Shown here: positions 42,714-52,311 of the stretch, in pieces
Position numbering within the stretch: position 1 is the first letter of the stretch
How the letters are laid out: each line of letters starts with the position of its first letter
Source of the DNA: Myxococcota bacterium
Lineage (GTDB): Bacteria > Myxococcota_A > Polyangia > Nannocystales > Nannocystaceae
Assembly: GCA_039028615.1 (NCBI GenBank)
Contig: JBCCHT010000031.1
Span: 64,001 to 128,000, forward strand
Direction of reading: 5' to 3'
DNA length: 64,000 bases
Translations under genes and position numbers: made by a program
Notes under the pieces: generated by a model
What the model saw: only the letters and a program-made list of their open reading frames with translations
The model's database searches: none
What the model was told of the DNA's origin: nothing

Positions 42714-43601
42714 ATGTCCGCACCCAAGACCGAGTCTTCTCCTCGCCGCCTCGACCTGCTCGGTCGCGTGGCCATTGCCGCCTACGTCGCGGTCGGCGGG
42801 TTCTTCGTCTGGGGCTTTGGTGGGTCGCTGTCCTCGGCCATCGAGACGCAGAACGACACCCCGTGTCGCTCGCTCGCGCCTCGGCACGCTCGGGTGCAGG
42901 GGACGGTGCTCGATGCCGCGGGCGAGCCGGTGGCGGGCGCCGAGATCGTGCCCGTGACCGCGGGTCGGACCGGCACGCCGATCAAGACGCTGCCCGACGG
43001 CGGCTTCTCCCTGTTCCTGCCCAAGCGCTCGCAATCGATCATCGCTCGGGCCCCAGGCAAGCTGCAGGCCGACGCCGAGCTCGTGATCGAGCCGGGCGAG
43101 GTCATCGAGGTCGAGTTTCGGCTGGCCGACGAAGGGGGCGAGAGCACCTTCAAGGAGCTGTCGCGGGCGAGCTTCGAGGTGCCCGATTTCGTCGCCAAGG
43201 ATCTCCAAGGCAACGAGGTTCGGCTCTCCGACTACCGGGGCAAGACGGTGGTGCTCAACTTCTGGGCCACCTGGTGCGAGCCCTGCATCACCGAGTGGCC
43301 GCAGCTCCACCAGCTCGCCCAACGCCTCCAAGGGCGCGACGACGTGGTCGTGCTGGCGGTGAGCGTCGAAGAGGACCCGGAGCCCATCAAGCCCTTCCTC
43401 GAGCGGATGTCGCTCGCCGAGTCGCCCGTGGGGGTGCTGTGGGACCCCACCTCCAAGGTGCATGTGGGTCTGGGTAGCGACAAGATTCCCGACACCTATC
43501 TCGTCGACGAGCAGGGCCGCGTGAGTGCGGTGTTCGTGAACGTCCGCGAGTGGGGATCGCCCGACGCCTATCACTGCGTCGAGTCGTCGATCGGGCGCTG
43601 A
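42714..43601 (+). CDS. TlpA/ResA-like redoxin with a carboxypeptidase-regulatory-like beta domain
   Basis: N-terminal TM; VQGTVLDAAGEPVAGAEI beta-sandwich; VVLNFWATWCEPC; IPDTYLVD. Confidence 0.88.
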   Translation: MSAPKTESSPRRLDLLGRVAIAAYVAVGGFFVWGFGGSLSSAIETQNDTPCRSLAPRHARVQGTVLDAAGEPVAGAEIVPVTAGRTGTPIKTLPDGGFSLFLPKRSQSIIARAPGKLQADAELVIEPGEVIEVEFRLADEGGESTFKELSRASFEVPDFVAKDLQGNEVRLSDYRGKTVVLNFWATWCEPCITEWPQLHQLAQRLQGRDDVVVLAVSVEEDPEPIKPFLERMSLAESPVGVLWDPTSKVHVGLGSDKIPDTYLVDEQGRVSAVFVNVREWGSPDAYHCVESSIGR

Positions 43602-43639
43602 ATCGTCCCGGCGGGGGCACTCATCCCTCGATCGGGAGC

Positions 43640-43663
43640 AACCATCCCTGGCGAGGGATGGTT
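43640..43663 (+). terminator. Perfect 10-bp hairpin downstream of the redoxin gene
   Basis: AACCATCCCT-GGCG-AGGGATGGTT. Confidence 0.5.
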
Positions 43664-43871
43664 CGCCGTTTCGGTGGGGTCGGCGCGCGTAAGCCCGGCC
43701 CAAAGTCGGGCGTTGCCTGGACAACAACCGTATCCAAACCCGCCGTCGCCTCCGGGCCGGCTCGCGACTTTGATTCTCGCCTGGCGTCCGCGCATCCCCG
43801 TGGTCCCGTGCCACGGCGAGTGATGAAGCCGCGAGCCGTTCCCGGGGTCGACGTTGCCGGAAGGCTGCACC

Positions 43872-46800
43872 GTGTCCCGCGTTCGTTCCTCATCGTCTTT
43901 CCGTCGTCTGGCCATCCTTCGTGCGCTCGGTCTTCTGGTGCCCCTGGCCTTGCCCTCGCTCGCCCAAGCGGCGGGCGGAGGCATCTCCGGGGTGGTGCGC
44001 AACTCCGAGACCAAAAAGCACGTCAAGGACGCGCTGGTCATCATTCAGTGCACCTGCCTGGCCGAGCCGCGCGAGCTCACCACCAACGCCAACGGCCTGT
44101 ACGCGTTCCGAAACTTGCCCGCGGGCTCCTATACGGTTCAGGTCTTCGCCGGGCAGTCCAACGTCACCAAGTACATCGAGCTCGACCGCAACGAGCAGCT
44201 CCGCGCGGGCTTTACCGTCGATCCCGACAAGGCGGAGGTGCGCGACGTCGTGGTGCATCGACCGGTGCGTGGCGACACCACCTCGGCCACGAGCATCTCG
44301 GGGCGTGACCTGGGCAAGCTGCCGGTCGGCAACGACGTGTCTCGCGATGCGCTCTCGGCCGTCGTGCAGATGGCTCCCACGGGGGGCAAGGACGCGGCCG
44401 GCCCGACCATCGCGGGCTCTTCGGGGGCCGAGGTCTCCTACGAACTCAACGGCATGTCGCTCAACGGGCCCTCCACGGGCACGGTGGCGATGCCGCTGCT
44501 CACCGACTTCGTCGAGCGCATCGAGGTGCAGGAGGCCAACTTCTCCGCCGAGCGCGGCGGATTCTCGGGCGGTCGGGTCAGCGCGCGGCGGATCTCGGGC
44601 AGCAACAAGCTGCGGGGTAGCGCTCGCTTCACGTTCACGCCGCGGATCGGCCAGCCGCGGCTGATCGTGGCCACCGACAACGCGATCCGAGCCACCGAGA
44701 CGCCCGACTACCAGATGGAGGGCGCGGTCTCGATGCGCGGCCCGATCGTCAAGGATCGCTTGTTCTGGTTCGTGGGCTTCGGCGCGACCGGCTCGCGCTC
44801 GACCCTGCTGCAGTCGTTTCACCACCGCGTCGACAAGGACGGCTCGGGCGGCTACGAGGCGTGCCCCTACGAGAACGGAGCGCTCGACTGTGCCGAGGGC
44901 GGGGACTACATCGCGACCCGCAAGTTCGGTGACAAGGCCTTTCCCACCCGGCGGGTTCGTGGCCAGGGCGCCTTGGGCATCGACTGGGCCATCAACCCCA
45001 AGCACCGCATCGGGCTGACCGCGACCGGCACGCCCACGTTCCTGCGGCGATCGTATCGACGACCCGCGGGCGGCAACCTCGATCCCGACGTGTTCGGGGC
45101 CAACCCCAACGCCGATCCGCTCGGCGGCGCTTCCACGGTGGCCAACGGGGTGGTCGACGGTGCCTTCGGGTGGGACCGCGCCGTCTCGGGCCAGGCCGGC
45201 CTCGAGTACAACGGCCGTGTCTTTCGCGACACGGTCGAGATCGATGCCAACCTCGGCCACCTCCAGAGTGCCTTCGACGAAGCGTGGCGCCTCGACGATC
45301 CTTCGCTCCGCAACAAGCCCGCGACCGAGCAGCGGGACGCCCAGGGCGAGAGCCTGTTCAAGCTGCTCGACCGTGAAAACCGCCTCGACCTGGTCGATGG
45401 GGTGACCCAGGCCTGCAACGACGCCGACCTGCCCGGCCTGACCTGCCCGGTGAGGAGCTGGCGCTCGGGGGGCATCGGCCAGTATGCGCTCGATCGTTCG
45501 TCGAGCACCGTGGGTCGGGTCGCGCTGACGCACTTCTTCGAGGCGGCGGGGGCCCACCAGCTCAAGTGGGGCGGCCAGTTCGCGCACAACCAGCGGCGAC
45601 GTCGGCTGCAGTTCTCCGGCGAGAACAGTGCCGATTTCACCAACAACTGCGCCGAGGCGGGGCTCGAGGGCGGCGGTGAGTGGTGCTACGACCAGGGGGC
45701 AGACGCCTACGCCTTCCGGGTCAACCGGGCCAACCGCGTGGACAACCACCGCATCATCTACGCGGACACCGACAACCCCAATCGCCGCATCACGCAGGGC
45801 TTCGGCCGGGTGCGGCACGAGCAGGACGACCTGCGGGCGATCGCCACCGGGCTGGGGCAGGGCGTGCGCGTGGACGCCTACGACGAGACGGTGTCGTCGC
45901 AGAACTACGCCGCCTTCCTGCACGACCGCTGGGCGATCACCACCAACCTCTTCGTCGACGCCGGCCTGCGCTGGGAGGCCCAGGACATGCGCGACGTTCG
46001 AGGGCGGCGTGCGTTCTTCATCAAGGACAACGTCTCGCCGCGGGCGGGCATGGTCTACGACTGGACCGAGGAGGGGCGCTCGCGGCTCTACACGGGCTAC
46101 GGCATGTTCTTCCAGCAGATGCCGCTCGCCCTGCTCAACCGGGTCTACGGCGGCATGGTCGAGGTCGTCCGCAACTACGACAACAGCATCTGCGACGGCA
46201 ACTCGGTCGCCACCATCAACGGTGACCAGCCGATGACCCGCGACCAGCAGCCCACCGAGTGGTGCCGCGACACGGCGATGTTCACCTCGGGGCTGCAGGC
46301 CGGAGCCACCGTGCCCCAGGTGCGCGGTCAGTTCGACCACGTGTGGCAGATCGGCTACGAGCAGGAGGTCATCGAGGACCTCACGCTCGGCGTGCGTTGG
46401 CTGCACCGCAGCCTCGGCCGCGCGGTCGAGGACGTGAGCACCGACGGCGGCAACAACTACTTGATCGCCAACCCGGGGGAGGCGGTCTCGCCCGAGGACA
46501 TCGCGCGCCAGGAGCAGAGCTGCCGCGAGCTCGATGCCCAGGTCGCAGCCCTGACCGCCGACGACCCGCGCGAGGGCGACCTGCTGCGTGACCTCCAGCG
46601 CTGCGAGTTCCTGGCGGATGCTTACGCGCGAGTGGGCGAGCTGTACGACCGCCCCGTTCGCAACTACGACGCGTTCAGCTTCACCCTGAACAAGCGCATC
46701 GCCAACAACTGGCTGCTCAACGGCAGCTACACCTACTCTCGCCAGGTCGGCAACTACGACGGCTTCGTCGACCCGGTCAGCGGGGCGATCAACGTGGGCG

Positions 46801-47366
46801 GGTCGCTGCAGTTCAACACCCCCGAGCTCGTGCGCAACAGCTTTGGTCCGCTGTCCTACGACTCGCCGCACCGGGTCAACCTCGACGGCTACTACACCGC
46901 CGACCTCGGCGACGCGGGGCAGCTGGTGCTGGGTGGCAGCCTGCGGGTGCGCTCGGGCTATCCCATCTCGATGCGCGGCGGCAGCAATCGCTTCGCGGGC
47001 TCGTTCCCGATCTACGTGCTGCCGCGTGGCTCGGGCGGGCGGGTCAAGCCCAACTACCAGCTCAACGCCAACGTGCAGTACGCCTATCCGCTGCCCGGTC
47101 GCATGGTCCTGACCGCGGGGGCCCGCCTCATCAACGTCACCAACGCCAAGGCCGTGCTGCGGGTCGACGAGATCTATACCTTCGACAACGCTCGGCCCAT
47201 CGCGGGCGGTGACATGCGGGACCTCAAGCACGCCAAGGCGGTGTCGGCTCGTAACCCGAACGAGTTCTTCACCGGAGCGATCCTGCGCAAGCAGGGCAAC
47301 TTCGGCACCGAGACTGCCTTCCAGATCCCAATGTTCGCTCAGTTCGACATCGGCCTGCAGTTTTAG
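43872..47366 (+). CDS. TonB-dependent receptor, Oar-like (N-terminal carboxypeptidase-regulatory-like domain)
   Basis: Signal peptide (...SLAQA), ISGVVR...GLYAFRNLPAGSYTV, plug (SAERGGFSGG), AAFLHDRW, GLRWE, SPRAG, C-terminal Phe (IGLQF). Confidence 0.9.
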   Translation: MSRVRSSSSFRRLAILRALGLLVPLALPSLAQAAGGGISGVVRNSETKKHVKDALVIIQCTCLAEPRELTTNANGLYAFRNLPAGSYTVQVFAGQSNVTKYIELDRNEQLRAGFTVDPDKAEVRDVVVHRPVRGDTTSATSISGRDLGKLPVGNDVSRDALSAVVQMAPTGGKDAAGPTIAGSSGAEVSYELNGMSLNGPSTGTVAMPLLTDFVERIEVQEANFSAERGGFSGGRVSARRISGSNKLRGSARFTFTPRIGQPRLIVATDNAIRATETPDYQMEGAVSMRGPIVKDRLFWFVGFGATGSRSTLLQSFHHRVDKDGSGGYEACPYENGALDCAEGGDYIATRKFGDKAFPTRRVRGQGALGIDWAINPKHRIGLTATGTPTFLRRSYRRPAGGNLDPDVFGANPNADPLGGASTVANGVVDGAFGWDRAVSGQAGLEYNGRVFRDTVEIDANLGHLQSAFDEAWRLDDPSLRNKPATEQRDAQGESLFKLLDRENRLDLVDGVTQACNDADLPGLTCPVRSWRSGGIGQYALDRSSSTVGRVALTHFFEAAGAHQLKWGGQFAHNQRRRRLQFSGENSADFTNNCAEAGLEGGGEWCYDQGADAYAFRVNRANRVDNHRIIYADTDNPNRRITQGFGRVRHEQDDLRAIATGLGQGVRVDAYDETVSSQNYAAFLHDRWAITTNLFVDAGLRWEAQDMRDVRGRRAFFIKDNVSPRAGMVYDWTEEGRSRLYTGYGMFFQQMPLALLNRVYGGMVEVVRNYDNSICDGNSVATINGDQPMTRDQQPTEWCRDTAMFTSGLQAGATVPQVRGQFDHVWQIGYEQEVIEDLTLGVRWLHRSLGRAVEDVSTDGGNNYLIANPGEAVSPEDIARQEQSCRELDAQVAALTADDPREGDLLRDLQRCEFLADAYARVGELYDRPVRNYDAFSFTLNKRIANNWLLNGSYTYSRQVGNYDGFVDPVSGAINVGGSLQFNTPELVRNSFGPLSYDSPHRVNLDGYYTADLGDAGQLVLGGSLRVRSGYPISMRGGSNRFAGSFPIYVLPRGSGGRVKPNYQLNANVQYAYPLPGRMVLTAGARLINVTNAKAVLRVDEIYTFDNARPIAGGDMRDLKHAKAVSARNPNEFFTGAILRKQGNFGTETAFQIPMFAQFDIGLQF

Positions 47367-47429
47367 CCCGCGCACCTCGGTGGACCCACGGTGCTCGGCG
47401 TCGATCCGCTCGGCCGAGCCCGTGGCCCT

Positions 47430-47834
47430 TCAGTCGGGGAGGGCGGTCTCTTGGATGAAGCGCCAGGTGCAGCCCTCGCCGGTCAGGGCCACCAGCGCGA
47501 GCGCGGCCCGTCGGTTCCGGGTGCTGGACTGGCGCGCGCCTGCTTGGACCTCGTGGTACGCGACCACGGCGTGGTCCGAGGCTTGGTGCACCACCTCGAG
47601 GTTCTCGATCGCCGCGACGAAGCCCGGGCTGCTGGCGAAGCGGTCGGCGATCGTGTCGAGAAACTCCGGACCGGTGAGTCGCGTGCCGCTCGGGTAGACC
47701 AGCCCCTGCAGCGGACGGCACGCGGCCTCGAGTCGAGCCCAGACCTCCGTGCGATCGCCCGACCCCGAAAACCACGCGGTGAGGTCGTCGTGGAACGCGT
47801 GCACGAAGGCGGCGACGGGCGGCAGCTCGGTCAT
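47430..47834 (-). CDS. Small NTF2/SnoaL-like (DUF4440-like) protein
   Basis: Start MTELPP (TACCCT 6 nt upstream); FH..L..WF.G, VAYHEVQ, terminal WRFIQET. Confidence 0.6.
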   Translation of the reverse strand: MTELPPVAAFVHAFHDDLTAWFSGSGDRTEVWARLEAACRPLQGLVYPSGTRLTGPEFLDTIADRFASSPGFVAAIENLEVVHQASDHAVVAYHEVQAGARQSSTRNRRAALALVALTGEGCTWRFIQETALPD

Positions 47835-47964
47835 GGCCCCAGGGTACGACGAAGAAGGGCGGTGGATCGTCGTCGGCGTCCGGGTTCGGCGAAGTTCAGC
47901 GAACACTTTGTTCGCTGACATGGTTGCGTGAGGCAGCGGGCAGGGTAGGTTGGGGCCCATCGAG

Positions 47965-48753
47965 ATGGCCCAGTCGCTCACCTACCAAGCGATGCTCGTC
48001 ACCGAGTTCGAGTACCGGAGGTCGCGCAATTCGGGCTATTCGCTGCGGGCCTTCGCCCGCGACCTGGCGATGCCGCCATCCACCCTCAACGAGGTGCTCA
48101 ACCAACGCAAAGGCATCTCCAGCGCCCGTGCACGCAAGCTCGCCCGGCGGCTCGGCCTCAGCCACGACCTGGCCGAGGTCTTCGTGTTGTCGGCTCGGGC
48201 CCAGCACGCCCGGGCCGCCGTCGACCGCAGTGCAGCCGAGGCCGAGCTGGCCGCGCTGGCGTCGCGTGGGGGTGATCGGCGCCCGAAGACGACCACGATC
48301 GTCGGCTGGGTCACCGAGGCCGTGCTCAAGCTCTACGAGCGCCGCGGTACGCAGCTGTCCGTGGAGACCACCGCGGCCGAGCTGAAGGTCCCGACCTTCA
48401 CCGTGCAGTTCGCTCTTCGCTTCCTGACCCGACTCGGCTTCCTCGAGGACGCGCCTCCCAGTCGCGCCTTCTTGGCCTACCTGGGCAAGGGGCGCCGTCT
48501 CAACGTCGACTACGAGCAGCTCCTTCGCCGGGCGACGGCGGCCACGCGCGAGCCGGGGTCGCACGACGTCTTCGTGCACGAGCCCCTGCTCCTCGATGCG
48601 CGCGGGGTCAAGAAGGCCCAGCAGCTCATCGAGCGCTGCCTCGAGGACGTCAAGCGACTGTCGCGTACGAGTCGCCGCGCGACGCTCTACTACCTCACCT
48701 CTCAGCTCTTCCAGGCGGAATTCAAGACGACCACGAAAGGGGAACCACGATGA
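47965..48753 (+). CDS. TIGR02147/DUF4423-like XRE-HTH protein
   Basis: EF..RRSRNSGYSLRAFARDL..PPSTLNEVLNQRKGIS HTH; C-terminal LYYLTSQLF resembles the family's Y.L..QLFP end. Confidence 0.75.
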   Translation: MAQSLTYQAMLVTEFEYRRSRNSGYSLRAFARDLAMPPSTLNEVLNQRKGISSARARKLARRLGLSHDLAEVFVLSARAQHARAAVDRSAAEAELAALASRGGDRRPKTTTIVGWVTEAVLKLYERRGTQLSVETTAAELKVPTFTVQFALRFLTRLGFLEDAPPSRAFLAYLGKGRRLNVDYEQLLRRATAATREPGSHDVFVHEPLLLDARGVKKAQQLIERCLEDVKRLSRTSRRATLYYLTSQLFQAEFKTTTKGEPR

Positions 48754-49097
48754 TCAAGCAACTCAACAGCGTCATCATGTACTCGAAGGACCTCGATGCG
48801 GCGAAGCAGTGGTACCAGGACCAGCTGGGCTTCGAGATCCTGTACTACGTGCCGAAGGCCTTCTTGTCGATGAAGCATGCGCAGATGGGGCGCATCGACT
48901 TTCATCCGACTTCGGACGATTCGTATGTCGGGCGGGGGCCGTTGCCGAACTTTGCAGTGGGGGACATCGTGAAGGCTAAGGCTTGGTTGGAGGGGATGGG
49001 GGCGAGGGTCAGCGAGATTCAGCAGACGGGGGATAGTCCGCGGCATGCTTGGTTTTGGGATCACGAGGGGAATGTGCTCGGGCTCGAGGAGGATTGA
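48750..49097 (+). CDS. VOC/glyoxalase family protein
   Basis: DLDAAKQWYQDQLGF, NFAVGDI, HAWFWDHEGNVLGL; ATGA-coupled to the upstream regulator. Confidence 0.88.
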   Translation: MIKQLNSVIMYSKDLDAAKQWYQDQLGFEILYYVPKAFLSMKHAQMGRIDFHPTSDDSYVGRGPLPNFAVGDIVKAKAWLEGMGARVSEIQQTGDSPRHAWFWDHEGNVLGLEED

Positions 49098-49153
49098 GCG
49101 GGGGAGCCATCCGGGGCGGTCGTGCTGACTTCGAGGGGAGGGGCTGCATTTTT

Positions 49154-49417
49154 GTTCTCGTGGGCTGGATTTGCTTCGCGATACGCCTGCGAATTTTCGA
49201 ACGGAAGGCTCGCCCGTTTTAACGGATGGAACCCTCCCCGGACATGCTCGGCGGCCGTTGTCGCTGAGTGTTTCGCGACGGGTGTTGGCGGCCGCCTCCG
49301 CGCGACCGGGCCCCCTCCATCCTACGCGGCTTCGCTTCAGCTCTCCCCGTGGCGGCTTGTCCCGAGCGGGCGTCGGTTGGGCTTTGCTGTGGTGTGGGGG
49401 AGGCTGGCTTGGAGGAG
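49154..49417 (+). repeat. Left arm of a long inverted repeat (~265 bp)
   Basis: Reverse complement of 49644-49906; core 49179-49341 differs at about 9 positions from the other arm. Confidence 0.92.
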
Positions 49418-49643
49418 AGGGAGGTACGGGCGTTGGGGGCTGGCCGAAGTCGCGTTGTGACCATGCCGGCATGCTCGATGGAGGTGGGCGTCGTTCCCCC
49501 TCGGACCCTCTACAACGTTTGGCTCGAGATTGAACGAACGCTCATTGCCTCCGAATCGACCGGGTTGCGGACTACATTCGTTGAAGTGAACCGTCGACGA
49601 CATGCGCACGAGCACCGAACGGGGTAGGCCTTTACTCGACCAA

Positions 49644-49906
49644 CCTCCTCGAAGCAGGCTTCCCATCGAGGAAGCAACACCCAGCCGATGCTCGGACGGG
49701 AGAAGCCGCGCGGGGAGGGCTGAAGCGAAGCCGCGTAGGATGGAGGGGGCCCGGTCGCGCGGAGGCGGCCGCCGACAGCCGTCGCGAAGCACTCAGTTGC
49801 AACGGCCGCCGAGCACGTCCGGGGAGGGTTCCATCCGTTAAACAGGCGAGCCTTCCGTTCGAAAATTCGCAGGCGTATCGCCAAACAAACCCAACCGACG
49901 AGGACG
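49644..49906 (-). repeat. Right arm of a long inverted repeat (~265 bp)
   Basis: Reverse complement of 49154-49417. Confidence 0.92.
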
Positions 49907-49962
49907 CAGTTCCACACCCATCTCTCGCGCGAGCCGATCGGAGCGGACCCCGGTTCGCTCAC

Positions 49963-52257
49963 TCATTCTGGTTGCGTGCCCGGTTCGCGGACGGCAGCGA
50001 GCTGTTGGCGGAGTACGGCGGGATCGGAGGTCGGAGCCTCGCAGCGCCCGCGTTCGCAGACGTAGGCGGTGGCCTGGCCTCGCTTGGCTCGCTTGCCGGC
50101 CAGCGCGGGAAACTGCTCGGCGAGGGTGGGGGGGATGCCGGACGCGGGGAGGCGCACGGGGAGGACTCGGGAGGGGCGGCTGTCTACGACTTCGTTCCAC
50201 AGGGCGGCCGTGTCTTCTCCGACCGGCGCCCCCGCGATCACGACCTCGCGCACGGGAGCCGTGGCGTGATCGAGCGCGGTCAGCAGGGTGCCCGACCAGT
50301 AGGGGCGCTGCTCGGCGTGGACCGCCGCGCGGGCCAGGACCTGGTAGCCGGCGTCGTAGAGCGTCTCGTCCCCGGTGATGGCCCCGAGCTCGAGCATCAG
50401 CTGCACCGCCGTCGCACCGCCGCTGGGCAGCGCGTTGTCGTCGAAGTCCGCGATGCGGAGGGGCAGGCCTGATTCTCCGTCGAGGGCCGAGCCGCGCACG
50501 TGCAAGAAGACGTGGCGATCGGCGTCGTGGAAGTGGGCGAGCAACTCGTCGGCGACGCGGCGCGCCGAGGTCAGCCACAGCAGGTTACCGGTCGCAGCAT
50601 GGAGGCGCACGAAGGCGAGCCCGGCCATGGCATGGTCGTCGAGGTATCCATCGCCCAAGCTCTGGCCCTTGAACACGCCGCGGCGCAGCACGGGCTCGGC
50701 CCAGGCGGTGTCGAGGATCCAGTTGCCGGCCTCGATGGCGGCGTCGCGATAGCGGGGCTCGTCGAGCCAGCGGGAGGCGTCGGCGAGGGCCATGATCATC
50801 AGGCCGTTCCAGGCGACCAGCTCCTTGTCGTCGACTCCGGGGGGCTTTCGTTGGGCGCGGGCCTCGGCCAGCTTGGGGAGGCTGCGGTCGATGGCGCCGC
50901 GGACGGCCTCGACGTCGAGGCCCAGGGGGGAGGCGACGCGCTCGTCGGGTTCGCGGTGCAGCACGCTGCGCCCCTCGATCTCTCGATCGCCGGCCGAGGT
51001 GACGCCGAAGGCTCGGCCTACGATGGCGGCATCTTCGGCGGGCAGGACGGTGGCGAGCTCGTCGGGGGTCCAGGAGTAGAAGTAGCCCTCGCCGCCGGGG
51101 TCGTCGGCGTCGAAGCCCACGACGAAGCCTCCGTCGGGCTGCTGCCAGTTCGCGACGATGTCGTCGAGCAAGGCGCGGCCGACGTCGACGAAGTCGGGGC
51201 GGTCGAGGCTGAGGCCGGCTTCGATGTAGATCGCGGCGAGCTGGGCGTTGTCGTAGAGGGTCTTCTCGAAGTGTGGCAGGTGCCAGTGCAGGTCGACCGC
51301 GTAGCGGTGGAAGGTGCCGGCGAGGTGATCCCGAATGCCGCCTCGCATCATCTTCTCGAGGGTGAGCACCAGGTGGTCGCGCGTACCCGGGTCATCGACG
51401 CGCTGGACGTGCCGCAGGTGCGCGAGCAGCAGCGGAGACTGGGGGAACTTGTTGCGGCGTCCGTAGCCGCCGTTGCGAGAGTCCCGGCCGCCGACCAGTC
51501 GGGCCATGGCCCGGCTCATGCGGGCGGCTTCGAGGGCGGCGGGGGCTCCCACGGCGGCGAGGGCTCGGCGCTCGACTTCGGCGAGGACCTCTCGGCCCTT
51601 GGTGGCGACCTGCTCTCCTTGCTCGGCGAACAGCGACCGCACTTCTTCGAGGACTTCGAGGAACCCGGGGCGGCCACCCCGGGAGTGCCGGGGAAAGTAG
51701 GTGCCGCCGTAGTAGGGCTCGAGGCTAGGCATCAGAAAGACGGTGAGGGGCCAGCCCGTGGAGCTGCCCAGGGCGGAGACGGCATCGATGTAGATCGCGT
51801 CGAGGTCGGGCCGTTGCTCGCGGTCGACCTTGATCGAGATGAAGTGCTCGTTGAGGAAGGCGGCGACGGTGTCGTCCTCGAAGCTCTCCTCCTCCATCAC
51901 GTGGCACCAGTGACAGGTGGAGTAGCCGATGCTCAAGAAGATCGGCTTGTTCTCTCGCCGGGCGCGGGCGAGGGCTTCTTCGCCCCAGGGGTACCAATCG
52001 ACGGGGTTGTGGGCGTGCTGGAGCAGGTAGGGGCTCGGCTGACCGACGAGGTGATTGCCTTTGCGGCGGACGGTCGCGGGGTCCCGTGCGGCGACATCGG
52101 TGGTGCTGGCCGAGCTCGCGGCGGGGGAGGGCCCGCTCTTTTGGGTGGGCGCGGGACGGTGCCCGTAGGGGTCCTGCCCGGGGCACGCGGCCAGCATCGG
52201 CAGGCCCAGCCACGACACGAGAGCTGCGATGCGCGAGCGATGGGAGAAGTGGGGCAC
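49963..52257 (-). CDS. YyaL/SPATA20-like thioredoxin-domain + (alpha/alpha)6-barrel protein (DUF255) with lipoprotein signal
   Basis: [79 protein letters not shown]-terminal LAAC lipobox. Confidence 0.92.
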   Translation of the reverse strand: MPHFSHRSRIAALVSWLGLPMLAACPGQDPYGHRPAPTQKSGPSPAASSASTTDVAARDPATVRRKGNHLVGQPSPYLLQHAHNPVDWYPWGEEALARARRENKPIFLSIGYSTCHWCHVMEEESFEDDTVAAFLNEHFISIKVDREQRPDLDAIYIDAVSALGSSTGWPLTVFLMPSLEPYYGGTYFPRHSRGGRPGFLEVLEEVRSLFAEQGEQVATKGREVLAEVERRALAAVGAPAALEAARMSRAMARLVGGRDSRNGGYGRRNKFPQSPLLLAHLRHVQRVDDPGTRDHLVLTLEKMMRGGIRDHLAGTFHRYAVDLHWHLPHFEKTLYDNAQLAAIYIEAGLSLDRPDFVDVGRALLDDIVANWQQPDGGFVVGFDADDPGGEGYFYSWTPDELATVLPAEDAAIVGRAFGVTSAGDREIEGRSVLHREPDERVASPLGLDVEAVRGAIDRSLPKLAEARAQRKPPGVDDKELVAWNGLMIMALADASRWLDEPRYRDAAIEAGNWILDTAWAEPVLRRGVFKGQSLGDGYLDDHAMAGLAFVRLHAATGNLLWLTSARRVADELLAHFHDADRHVFLHVRGSALDGESGLPLRIADFDDNALPSGGATAVQLMLELGAITGDETLYDAGYQVLARAAVHAEQRPYWSGTLLTALDHATAPVREVVIAGAPVGEDTAALWNEVVDSRPSRVLPVRLPASGIPPTLAEQFPALAGKRAKRGQATAYVCERGRCEAPTSDPAVLRQQLAAVREPGTQPE

Positions 52258-52311
52258 TGCGGAGCCACTGTAGCATCGGGCCCCGACCGCACCCCGCGGC
52301 GCACGCCTGCG

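Noticed and set aside
49122..49962. Several short ORFs overlapping the inverted repeats
   Set aside because: Their mutual similarity simply reflects the repeat on opposite strands; an indel between the arms breaks frame and codon usage is atypical.
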